Below, one piece after another: positions 1 to 11,336 of a stretch of DNA of 64,000 nucleotides. The notes beneath the pieces are model-generated. The model had not been told where the DNA came from, did not search any database, and saw only the letters and a program-made list of their open reading frames with translations. The translations under genes and the position numbers were made by a program. How positions within the stretch are numbered: the stretch's first letter is position 1; every line of letters starts with the position of its first letter. This stretch comes from Entomortierella parvispora E1425 (lineage: Eukaryota; Fungi; Mortierellomycota), in contig BQFW01000005.1 of assembly GCA_020891255.1 (NCBI GenBank), positions 186,001 through 250,000 on the forward strand, given 5' to 3'.

Positions 1-1102
1 CAGCAGACTGGTGTGTACTTTTAGCTATTTTGATGGGTTGGATTAGCGTACGACGCGGTGAGCCATGGCTGGTGGTTCTTTTTTTTACCGGTGCCTATGA
101 TATGACAACGACCAAGTTGGATTCTGGTTTGTTCATAAGACGCTTGCTATACACAGATTTCCCCATATTTTATATGCGGATGCTGCCCAGTTTGTCTTTA
201 ACGTTGGTTAAGAGGGCTTCTTCCAGTGCCATACTGATGTGACAATGGTGGATGTGTCAATGAAGGACATGATATTAACCCCCTTTCAACACTCCTCTTT
301 TCTTGTGTGAACAATATACAAATATACTTTGCTCCCACAACTATCCGCTGGCCGAGATGTGTCTTGTCTTCGACGCCAGTTTTTTGATCATTGCCTTTGG
401 ACTGAGTACGAGGTATAGTAATAAAAAATAAAGAACGCCCCATCAAAAAATGAAAATGCCTGCCCTCGCCGGTTTTTGACTTCGAGGAATGATGATGATC
501 ACAAATATGGCCATCCTCTTGTTCTGGTTTTGGCCCCACTGAATGGAAGAATATTGATAGTAATCAGAGAGGGGCTTTGCCATCCGCACTCAGAAACGAA
601 TGGTGAGGCATTGAAAAGCAAGAAGTCGTCGCCGTATTTGGATGTGCCTGGACTTTGACGACAGACCTCGCGTTTCACTTCAGACCAACGCGAAAGGCAA
701 CGCTTCGTCAGCCCTCTTGATTCTCCCGCATCCCGGCTTTTGTCCTCAACTGTCTTTCATGCCCATTGCCGATGTTGCCGATAATTTTCTTGGGAAACGT
801 CTTTCTTTATGATTGTGGGCAAATGAGCTTGTGCGAAAGAATACAAGTACCTTTCCACTCTGGTCGCGCTCTTCCCAAAACGCGATTTGCAAAAAAACCT
901 TTTTTTTTTTGTTTTTTTGGGAGACTTTGCATTAAAAAAAGCTGTGAGAAGGAAGAGCAGGGAGGGGATGTTCTAAACAGTTTCTACAGCTGAACAATCA
1001 GGGTAAAAGTTCAAGGTTATCTCACCAAAGGAGAACGAAGACTGTTTTACGCTCTTTGTGCAAATTGCCATGACCGCCATGACGGGACATGTAATTACGC
1101 CA

Positions 1103-1172
1103 GGAAATAACGCAAATGATGGGAAATAACGTAATTTTGCACGGAAATAACGAATTTTGCTTGGAAATAACG
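1103..1172. repeat. 4x GGAAATAACG decamer at 19-21 bp spacing
   Basis: Exact copies start at 1103, 1122, 1143 and 1163, upstream of tRNA-Asp. Confidence 0.85.
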
Positions 1173-1225
1173 ATCTGGATCTTCTGGATCTTCTAGCGCC
1201 GACAATGTCTACCGATATCTGAACA

Positions 1226-1297
1226 TCCCCGATAGTATAGTGGTGAGTATCTCCGCCTGTCACGCGGAAGACCCGGGTTCAATTCCCGGTCGAGGAG
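1226..1297 (+). tRNA. tRNA-Asp (anticodon GTC), intronless
   Basis: Cloverleaf TCCCCGATAGTATAGTGGTGAGTATCTCCGC-CTGTCAC-GCGGAAGACCCGGGTTCAATTCCCGGTCGAGGAG; A/B boxes; T-run Pol III terminator immediately after; one C4:A69 mismatch in the acceptor stem. Confidence 0.95.
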
Positions 1298-2075
1298 CTT
1301 CTTTTTGTTTTTTTGGAGGCCAGTTCTAGGGTCTTGGGATCCAAGGTGGAAGGGAACTCTCAACTTCACTTTTGAGTGAGGTTTGCAGGCAAACGTTGGA
1401 TTCATTTTCCTTTTTGGCCTCTTGTTTAAACGCGAAGAGGTCTTTGGACCAATGAATGGAGAGGGCTGAGGCTGATGGATAAACGTTTTCGCGCAAGAGA
1501 TAAATCAAGTTCAAAGTTGGGCAAAGTCGAGAGTCCTTCACATATGATTTGAGCAATTGATCTCTGGAAATGGAAATAAACTCGCTGGGTCTGGGCGTGC
1601 AGCTGGATCTTTGCGACTTTGGACAGACGACACGAAACATGCGGTAGTGCAGTTGTGCTGCAGTAAAATTATCGTCATTGCATTGAAGTATATGTCATGA
1701 ATAGCGCAGCAGCACCTGCCGTAGGGCTTTGGCGAGTTTGATAAGAAGAAGAAGACAAAGATGGACGAACGAACATGTATTGGTGAAAGAAGGAGCAGAG
1801 CAGGCAGGACATGACAGGGGTGAGTGCGTGCGATGTGCGTGTGCGCTCAATTGGTCTCGACAGCTTCGTCACCGATCACTTAAAAAAATAATTCGATCTG
1901 GTAGAACAGAGCAGGAAAATCATTTCAGCCCTTGCTTGCCTTCCGAAGCTTTGTTCTTCACCTCTTCTCTCTTCTCTTCTCTTTTCTCTTTCCTCCATTC
2001 ATTCATTCTCCCCGCCCTCTCATTCATCGCATCTCTTCCCTCTCACTCCTGGTTCATTAGCAAACCCAGCAGCCA

Positions 2076-4068
2076 ATGACTTCCGACGCAACTCACGAAG
2101 GCGTGCATCTCGTCATCCTCCACCACGGACTGTGGGGCAATGTCAACCACGTTCGTTTCATTGCTGAGCAATTCAAACAACGACTCGGCGATCGTATCCT
2201 TGTCGTAAGTGACCCACAGATACACTCTTCGCTCTCTGTTCTCCTCCTCCTCCTCCCCCTCCGCCTCAGTGTTGGAGGTACAGACTAGAACCCTGCGTCT
2301 TGCTTACTTGTGTTTCATGCATCTCATAGTACCGCGCACAAGCGAATGAGTCTGCGCTCACGTATGACGGTGTCGATATTTGTGGCCAGCGTCTCGTGCA
2401 AGAGATCCACAGCGTGATCAAGGTCATCGAGGCAGGCGGAAATATCGAAGAAATGAAGGGACAAAAGCACAAGTCTAAAAAATCAAAAAAGGATCAGTCA
2501 ACAGCCACAGCACCCACAAAGACCACGGACCAGGAATCACTTGCTTCAGGAGCAGCGTCGACCACCTCCTCCACAGCCTCGACCACGAGAACGAAAAAAG
2601 TCACCCAGTTCTCGTTTCTGGGATACTCGCTTGGAGGATTGATTGGACGGTTTGCGATGGGTATCTTGGAGCTCGAGGGCTTTTTTGAAAAGGTCAAGCC
2701 CATGTACTTTGTCACGATGGCGACCCCTCATCTCGGTATCCGAAAGCCACCAAAGACGACCTGGTCCAAGGTCTTTAACTTTCTCAGCTCGAGGATGCTG
2801 AGCCGATCAGGTACTGCGATGTTTTCCTTGTTCAATGACCACCTTGGAGATCTTTTGGTGACAAACTGAAAAACTGGCCTTCATTTTTTTTTTTTTTTTT
2901 TTTACTGACACCTGTCATTTTTCCAATTGTTTAGGTGAACAAATGCAATTAATCGACGATTACATTGGAGGGAAACCAGTGTTGCTCGTCATGTCCGACC
3001 CTGCAGGCATCTTTGTTCAAGCGTTGGCAAAGTTCAAGAGACGAGCGATTTACTGCAATGTGGCTAATGACCGTTCAGTACCTTTCTGGACCGCCAGTTT
3101 CTCGGACGCTGATCCGTTCACCGAGCTGGAAACCGTGGAAATGTAAGAGTTTGTTGACATAGGATCATGCCAACGTTTGCTGTTTTTTCACTAATGTGTT
3201 TTTTTTTCTTTCTCTGCTTCTCGGAACAAATAGTCAATACAGCTCGGGCTACTCTTCTTTGATCGAGTCCTTTGAGCCTCAAGGAATTGAAGAGTTGTCA
3301 CGAAAGAGAGAGGCTCAGCTGAAGGAATTGGAGTCTCTTTCGTTTTCTGAACGGACATCCCTCAGACTGAAGGCGATCCCATGGAGACGCTATGCGTTCT
3401 TTGGAATTCTGGGACCTATCCTGATCCCTGTTTGGATTGTCATTGCGACCTCGACCATTTCAGTGCAGGGATACAACTCAAGGAGGAGAACCAAGCCTAT
3501 GGTCGACACTAACCCAGAGTTGGATCGCGTTCGTGATGAGGCTTTGGGCACAAAGAGTTCAGACACTGTCCCTCCCTCTCCCTCTAGGCACCGTCGACTT
3601 TCGCTTCAAAGGACCGTGTCGCACACTAACAACGACAAGAGCAAGACCACAACCCATATCACGACCTTCCAAAACGATACCCAATCCGATTCATCGGTCA
3701 CTTTGACGATCAACGAACCGACACCTGCACACGCAAAACAAAGCTCTTCCACCTCTCCCCAGTCTTCTGCTTTGTCAGAGTCGACGGTTGAAACTGTAAC
3801 TGGAGGCGTGTCCGAGGAGGACCAGGCACCTATTTCATACTCGTTCCCTCATTTGAAGCAGCTCCAGCCTCTGGGATTGTTGCCAGTTCAAGTCGAGATC
3901 TCGAGGAACTTGAACACTCTGGACTGGAAGAAGAACATTATCCACATCGAGGCTATGAATGCGCACGCGTCCATTGTCGTTCGTGAGAACCGGTTCTCGA
4001 ACGATGGTGGCATTGCTGCTGTTCAACACGCCGTCGACATGTTTAAAGATGATGGCGAGGACGAGTAA
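2076..4068 (+). CDS. DUF676 putative serine esterase/lipase (ROG1-like), 4 exons
   Basis: Exons ~2076-2204, 2330-2810, 2935-3142, 3234-4068 with GT..AG introns in frame; motifs LVILHHGLWGN, TYDGVDICGQRL, GYSLGG nucleophile elbow, TMATPHLG, NVANDRSVPFWT, C-terminal HASIVVR. Confidence 0.92.
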
Positions 4069-4710
4069 AGACAAAGTACAGTACATAGAACTTTACCAAT
4101 TTTTGCAAGAAAAAAAAAGTCCCTCTTCCCCTCTCCCCCATACCAAAACTTGCTGTTGTGTTCTTGTGTTCCTTCCGTTCAATGCAAACCATCACTTGTC
4201 CCCAATATTTCTTAGTCATAGATAATGTGCCTTTATGAAAGAAAAGACCAATCCAAAAAGAACGATGTCCTGGTCATTGCGCGCTCTGACTTTGTTTGTT
4301 GTCAAGATTTTCCAAGGGGGCTAGATCGGGCCGGCCCGATGCACATCAATTTCATTACCCAGCATTTGTCATCCAGCTAAATCGTCCTTTCCACTTTCCT
4401 CTCTACCTTTTGCAGGATGAACATGCTCCTCTCTTTGATATTCACATGAGCTAAAACCGACTTTTTGAACTGTTTTTTTTGGGGAAAGTTGAACATCAAG
4501 CCTCCAGGCACAGAGATCTCTCAAGGATCCATCCGAGTAATGAAAAATGCTTGTTTTTTATTTGGGTATTTTACAACGCTCTCTTTGATGAATGAGGGAG
4601 CTGAGAAGAGAAGAGAGGAGAGCCGTATGGTGCAAAGGGTGCATCAACAAACGCAATCAGGTTTTGTTTTTGTGTTTGTTTTGTGTTTTTGAGTTTTTCT
4701 TGCTGCTTTT

Positions 4711-5600
4711 TTAGAATCCAAGAGCCTCGTTGATCAACAAGACCTGAATGCGGTCAGGGTTGAAGGGGTTGGCCTGACGGATGACCTCGTAGTGGGTCAA
4801 GCTGGAGCCGGGGGCCTTGAAGACCTCACGGGAGTAAGCGCTGGAGACGGGCAAGCACCACTCGAGGGTTCTCTTGTAAGCCTCGGCCTCATCCTTGACA
4901 ATCTTGTTGGCACCGACGACGACAATGACGTTCTTGGCGCCGAAGGCCACACCGCCGACCTTGGATCCCGAAAGATCACCATGGGCCATCTCTCCGTTCT
5001 CGGTCACGGCGCACATGGAGGTGAGGAAGTAGTCGACAGTGGTACCGATGGTGCGGCGGAGCTCGGCCTGCTTGGCAGGGTCCTTCTCGGCCAAGATGGT
5101 GCTACGGACATTGTCGTAAGGGTGCTCGCCCATCAAGTAGTTGATGAATCCAACCTCCTCCAAAGTGGTGCTGTGGGCAACGTTGACAGAGACGCCCTAT
5201 TTTAGAATAAGCAACAGATCGAGAGTCAAGAAAGAGTCAGTATCGACAGATTCGTATAGATCCCAAAAAAAAAAAAGAGATCGCCGGGCTTAGCCAAAAA
5301 AAAAAAAAAAGACCAACTCCTGGGAAAGAGAAATTGAAGTGTGTGCATAGGATAATTAGGGCGGAATGGATAACGTACATCGGGGATAAGAGTCTTCAAA
5401 GTCTGGAAAGCCTCGTCCCTGTTCTGGGCAACGGTGACCTTGAAGCCCTTGGCCTCAAGACCGGCCTTGGCGGCCTCGAAGCGCTCAGCGCTGACAGCCT
5501 TGGAGTAGGCAGCATCCTTGAAGTGGGCAATCTGCTCGTCGACCTTGACAAGGGCGTCAAAGTTGGTGTTGGCGAAGGTGTTCTCGGGGCGGGTGGACAT
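4711..5600 (-). CDS. LUD-domain (lactate utilization/YkgG-like) protein, 2 exons
   Basis: Exon 1 5600-5379, intron 5378-5197 (GTACGT..ATAG), exon 2 5196-4711; motifs YFLTSMCAVTENGEMAHGDLSGSKVGGVAFGAKNVIVVVGANKIV typical of bacterial LUD proteins; strongly biased, C-ending codon usage. Confidence 0.85.
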
Positions 5601-6444
5601 TGTGTGAGAGTGAGTGATAGAGAAAATAGAAAGAGAGAGAGAGAGAGAGAGGATGAAGATGAAGATGAAGAAAAGAAAAAAGGGACGGAAGTATGAAGAG
5701 CCAGGCGATATTTATACGGGTGATACGGATCGATCAGATTACTCCTTCTCCAGAAAAAAGGGACGATGGAAGCCAGAGATAGATCGAAGGCAGAAGAAAA
5801 AGAGAAACTTTGTGATAAAGGATTACCCTGTGTGTCCGCACCACTCACCTCCCTGCTCTGTGCATGTCTCAGTCGCTGTGATCATTTAGCCTTTGGGGAT
5901 CTGTCAGCAATGGCGGAATTCAACCTGCCTGGCCCACTTTGCGGTTTGCTGCCTCTGAATCTGAAAATGCCTGGGTGGCTTGAATCGGTGGCTTGTCAGC
6001 CCCTGTTCTTGCTCTTTTCGTCTTCCTCGCATCCAGTTGGACGAACTTTCCGTAAGCAATGACTCTCTGGTCTTCAAATTGCTCTGGCTGGCCAACTTTG
6101 CAGTCGGAAACCTGTCTGTAACTCCAGCAACTGACGTTATCTTGGCCAAAGAAGGTGTCAACTCTCCTGGGGGACAGCAACAAACAAAAAAAAAAAAAAA
6201 AACGTCCTTCCTCTGGCAGATCTCATAAGTGTCCCTCGTCCTTGCCACCAAAATTGTGCAGCAGGCGCGTGCATATGAAAAAAAAAAAAAAAAAAAAAAA
6301 ATCGTTTGGTCTCACTCGTGGATGGACCGAGTGGCTGTAATGGATGCGATGGCCGAGTTGAGCCTCCCTTCTTCCTCTCATAAAACACACTCCCTCTCCC
6401 TCACTTGCTCAGACCCATACATACAACCCAAACACAGCCGCACC

Positions 6445-8039
6445 ATGAAGATACCTTTGCTCTCACTATATCTCTCGATCCTGGCGATCTGTCATCATGT
6501 CGCGGACGCAAACTTTTTTGGTCACCCTGTCGCCGCACCCCCTTCCACCTCCTCAACTGTGAGCGCGCGTGAGCTCTCTGTCTGTGGATCGCACCACATG
6601 CCATGCCCTGCCGCCGAGCCTTGCTGCAACAGTACGATATTGTCATCTTTGTTCGCGCTGCAAAAACGTGTCTGATTGCTGACAAAAGAAAGAAAAAGAG
6701 CTTACATATTACTCTATTTTGTCCTTAGATGGAACCTGCCGCGCAACGTCGATGGAGGCATGCCCAATCTCGTTAGGATGCGACCCTAAACATTCATATC
6801 TGGAAGGCGGATGCTTTCCGTTGCCTGCTTGCAAAAACATCAAGGATTCGTTCAAACTTCCTGGTCTCCTGATCCCCAAACACAGCTTCAATGGAGACCC
6901 CAACACAGCACATTGGACCTCGGATTTCCATCATGTAGCGCCCTATGCCAAGGTCGACTCTAAGAACCATAAACTGTTGCTTCGCACGCGCAGGTGAGTC
7001 AAATCAGGACTATGCGGTGGAAGAGTATAATACATGGAGCGAAAAAAATATTTTAAAAAAGTCGCCCATTTTGGTCTCATCATTGGTTTTTTTTAAACAT
7101 CATTGTTTCGTCGCGCTGCGTGGTTATAGGGACATGGTCAGAACTCAGAGTGGAGGAGGATTTGGCGCTACAGTGTCATCGACCCGCTGGAACAAGTACG
7201 GGACCTTTACGGCAAAGTTCAAATCTGGATGTTCAGGTCCTGGCATCGTTACGGCTTTCTTGCTCTCGAACCCTGCGCTTGGAGAGGAAATCTCGTTCGA
7301 GATCACCGGACACGATCCCAACAAGATCATCACCAACTACTACCATCGGGTGATACATCACCACGACGAAGGACATGGCCGACACCATTCACAGTTGATC
7401 CCACATGAAGAGACTTTTCAAATCAAAAAGGACACGTCGACTCATGAATTGGTTTACAAGATCGAGTGGACAGAGTCCATGATCCGTTGGTCCGTTGACG
7501 GTAAAGTCCTTCGCACAGTGCGTTCCAAAGATCCTGCCGCTCATTCGGAAGGAGGTCTGCCTGAGAACGCGATGCAACTGCAGCTCACCGTTTGGGACGC
7601 TGGCTATGCTCCAGAAACCCAATCCTGGGCCGGTGGTGAGACTGACTACGGAGAGGACAACATGAAAGAATATGTCGCCACCGTGGACTCTGTCGAGATT
7701 AAGTGTCAGGATCAAAGAGAGGGCCAAAAGCCCTGGCCTGGACCCGAGGCTCTGAAGCGACTCAAGAAGGCAGAGGCCGAAGCCGCCGCAAGAGCCAAGC
7801 GGTACCAAAAGTACAACAAGAAACACGGCGGTGGCGGCAGCGGTCAATCCCATGGAGGTTTGTTCTCGAGCACGGCCCACTTTTTCGAAATCGCCATCCT
7901 GTCCTTGATCAAGTGGAGCTGTGTCTTGCTGGCCTTGGTTTGTGGCGCCGCTTATTTTGCTGAACCTAAAACGAAAACCACGGCCAGCCGTCCAGCCGCG
8001 TCCTCCTCTTCGCGCCAAAACCTTGATCTCCAAACGTAG
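6445..8039 (+). CDS. Secreted/membrane GH16 glycoside hydrolase, Crh/Utr2-like chitin transglycosylase family, with Cys-rich N-terminal module
   Basis: Signal peptide MKIPLLSLYLSILAIC; Cys-rich CGS..CP...PCC..GTC module; exons 6445-6631, 6729-6993, 7130-8039; GH16 motifs YGTFTAKFK, GIVTAF, YKIEWT..IRWSVDGK..RT, P...MQLQLTVWDAG, WAGG; C-terminal hydrophobic helix. Confidence 0.88.
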
Positions 8040-8200
8040 ATCTGAAAGGCTGCACTTCTGCTTCTACAGTAGCCACTTTTATCACATCAATTCAAATAGC
8101 CTAATACAAACACTGGTTCATTACTTTATTCGCGATTTCTGTCTACGTTTAATGGTGAAGACAGCAAAGAGTTGAAAAAAGGGGGGTAACCTGTTCTTGA

Positions 8201-9167
8201 TTAATGAATTTCGTCATAGCTTGGTGGCAGATCTGAAGGGGCAGCCTGTGGAAGTGGCTGAGGGGGTGCAGGCGCTGTGGCAGGAGTGACTTCTGTTGGT
8301 TGAGTGGTAGGCTGAGCTGGTGAAGGACGGGGTTCGGAGGGACGAGGGGCCGAGGAGGAGGTTGTAGGGGTTGGTTCATGAGTAACATCCGTCGACACAG
8401 ATGACGTTGGGATAGGTGCTGCTGGAGGATTGTACACTGGCAACTGCTCCAAATGCTGTGGGGCGGCACCATCCAATTCTATTTCGAAAAAGGCCAGAAA
8501 TCATTCAAGGCATGAGTAATTAACCGGTAGATGCCTGGGATGCAAACAGCCAATTGTTCAGCCTTACCTTGTCGGCGCTCACGGAGTGATCGGTACTGAG
8601 AGTCGAACTCGTGTATGCCTACGATAGCAAGTGAAGATTAGAACAAGATCATGAGGCAGTTTTTTTGTTTCTTTTCAAGAAATGACGACTGTGACGCCCA
8701 TAAAACGACCAAGCGTACTTCCTGACGTGAACGTGATTGCAAGTCTTGCTGGTTGACTCAATCCTCCACCGGCAACGGGCATGACGATTGATTTGAAGAC
8801 TGAAGGCGAGAACCAAGGCTGGACCAGCTTGCTATCCTGGATGTTGCTGATGGGCAAAGAGGCGGACGTGAAATGGCGGTTGGGTTGTTCGCACAAGTAG
8901 ACAACCCGCTGGTTCGTCAACAGGAGTGTACCACTCTTGGAGTTGTAAGAAGACCTAATGCATAGAGAGGCAGTATGTTTTAGTACTTTTGAGTGAAAAA
9001 CGGACAGATGAATAGGTCAACCCTGCGTCATACCCAGCTCCGGGATAACCTCCATTGGAAGAGTCGAGTTCGAAGCGAACGCCGTCTTGGCGGTAAAACG
9101 TGGTTTCGTTTTCCAAAGGGACAATGTCCTTGCCATCAGCCGTGAGCATGACCCAGTTGACAGACAT
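8201..9167 (-). CDS. WBP2: WW-domain-binding protein 2 (WBP2)-like GRAM/PH-fold protein with PPxY tail, multi-exon
   Basis: N-term MSVNWVML; LTNQRVVY, S(L)PISNI, VQPWFSP, VMPVAGGGL, ITFTSG; Pro-rich tail ending LPPSYDEIH. Confidence 0.8.
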
Positions 9168-9405
9168 GTTGAGAGAATGAGGATGGATGGGTTGAGGTAG
9201 GTCTAAGAGAATGATTTTTTGCATGCATGCATGCTGCAGCACCACTTGCCCACGTTGAAAAAAAGTCGACCCAGTCACATGTTGGTGGCGCAAAACTTGT
9301 ATTCATTTTCTACGATCTATGTGAGAGGATTACCCTTTCAACTAAAAGCTCTATTGCCTGGGGGTGCTGAAGAAAGAAGTCAAGACTTGCTGCCAATAGT
9401 CTTTA

Positions 9406-9966
9406 TCAACTTGAATCATCTTCATCTTCAGTGTGTGAAAGCGTGAAACGTCCCAGAAACGACTCTGCGGTCTCGTCTTCACTATCGGATACTGGACTGC
9501 CAGACCTAGCCTGGTCTCTTGATGACCCATTGTACCCCGAGTCTGTATCCCGCTCCCGCTTATCCTCTCTGATACTTTCTTCTTCGTCCTCCATATCTGG
9601 GAACCACAGATTGGGTCCGTACGAGATGCAGAGCTCTTCTCCTTCCTCAATGTCTCGTAGAGCGCTGTATCGGATGAGTTTGTTGACAAAATCTCTTTGG
9701 AATCCTACGTTGGGCTTGTTGGAATGGTTGAACATGCTTCCAAGTCCCATGGCGAGAGCCATACCGCCTTGCCACCGGTAGGTGTAGTGATCCAATTGAG
9801 TGTATTGTCCATGTGCCGTATACTCGTCCGTCGGGAACAGGAGGATGGGCGAGATATCAATGACAGTCCGGGCAGGGATCTGGAGACGAGTTACAACACC
9901 ACGGCCTTTGAGGCCGCAATCTTGAATGACCAATGAGGCCTGATTGAATAGAGGGATAGGATCCAT
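9406..9966 (-). CDS. Small SET-domain lysine methyltransferase (Set7-like)
   Basis: KGRGV, ALAMGLGSMFNHSNKPNV, ALRDIEEGEELCISYG motifs; acidic tail; start codon not certain. Confidence 0.88.
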   Translation of the reverse strand: MDPIPLFNQASLVIQDCGLKGRGVVTRLQIPARTVIDISPILLFPTDEYTAHGQYTQLDHYTYRWQGGMALAMGLGSMFNHSNKPNVGFQRDFVNKLIRYSALRDIEEGEELCISYGPNLWFPDMEDEEESIREDKRERDTDSGYNGSSRDQARSGSPVSDSEDETAESFLGRFTLSHTEDEDDSS

Positions 9967-10669
9967 GTGCTAAACCGAGGGAGAAGGAAAAAAACATACA
10001 ATTCAGGCAAGTATCGAACTCCTCGTGGGGTGTCAGGGCCTGGGGGAGTGACCGGGATCGATAACTGTCTGAGGGGGCTGTAGTCTATCTCCGGTCCGAG
10101 GGAAAGTTCCTGGGGTTCCTGGAGGTAGTTGCGGGATGAAAAAAAGGGGAGATTGAGGAAGGGGGGTCGAGAATGATTGCCAATGGGCGCAGTGATTTCT
10201 GAATGAATAATGCGAGTGATCTGAATGGCAAAGGCCAAATTGTTTGCTTACGGGGCCCATATTTCCTGTTGTCGCGTCAGATGCACCATCCGTCAGTGGG
10301 AACAGCAGGGCTGCAACACCTATCCAACCCTTTCTGTCCCGCGCTATCCAGGAAAGAGGGCGAATCTGTGCCTCTATTTGTCTTTACGCAAGGCTACCGT
10401 TTTCACAACGCTTGCCAGGGGTCCATCCCGCTTCCCGCCAAGAATCGTGGCTGTGTCTCGCCAATTGCGGCAAAGATGGAGAAGCGAAAGCCTCGTCAGA
10501 GGAGTTTCTTAGGGATGCCTTCAGCTTTATAAGTTCTGGGGGTGAACCTCGGTGCTTGTCTTGCATTCCAACTTGAACATTCGAAAAAATCAAAGATATA
10601 GCTGCAACAACCACTCTCCCCGACCTTTTTTGTTTATTGTAATTCATCAGCCTTAATAACAGCAACAGC

Positions 10670-11336
10670 ATGAAGTTCATTTCTACTCTCACGATCGCAC
10701 TCTCGATCACCCTTTCCGTTGTGCAAGCACAGACCTTGGTGTTCAGGTGAATAATATGTTGATCCAAACGGATTGTTTCCATCCGTGACACATCAGTCTT
10801 CATGCAAAACAAAAAGAGGCAAGAACTTTTTGTCTCTCAGCTCTAACCTTCTCATTTCATCCTTTCATGCAACACATATATGTCGTGCTTAAAGTCGACC
10901 AGCTGCAGGCGCCATGTGGGTTGCAGGCAGCGACGAGACTCTGGTCTGGACCGGTGACTGTTCCCACCTTGGCGTACTGTCGCATGTCGTGCCCTTGCAG
11001 CTCTATGACAATGGCTTCCCAGACAACTCGAAAGATCTAGGCCATCTCGATTGTTCGAGCAACACCACGACCTCAAAGCAGATCAAGATCCCTGCTAATG
11101 TCGGCACCGGATCCGCCTATTCAATTCGAGCCCTGACCCTTCCTGAAGTGTCCTCTAGCGATACATTCCAGATTGATGCACCTAATCCCTCGAATTCAGC
11201 CTCGTCCTCCCCCTCCCCCTCGTCTTTGCCTTCGACAGGGACCAAGGCGAACGAGGGAGGGCATGTCGAGATCTTTCTGGTTACTCAAATAGTCTCTGCA
11301 GGCGCTGTATTGTGCGCTGTTCTCTTGACTTTCTGA
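10670..11336 (+). CDS. Secreted Ser/Thr-rich, probably GPI-anchored protein (Kre9/Knh1 N-terminal-like fold), 2 exons
   Basis: Signal peptide MKFISTLTIALSITLSVVQA in exon 10670-10746; intron 10747-10894 (GTGAAT..CTAAC..AAAG); exon 2 in frame (FSRPAAGAMWVAGSDETLVW..GSAYSIR..SSDTFQI), Ser/Pro linker, hydrophobic C-terminus. Confidence 0.8.

Noticed and set aside
30-993. Short ORFs at the window start
   Set aside because: No recognisable motifs, no consistent frame and no splice model.
4792-5205. + strand 137-aa ORF
   Set aside because: Antisense shadow of the codon-biased LUD gene.
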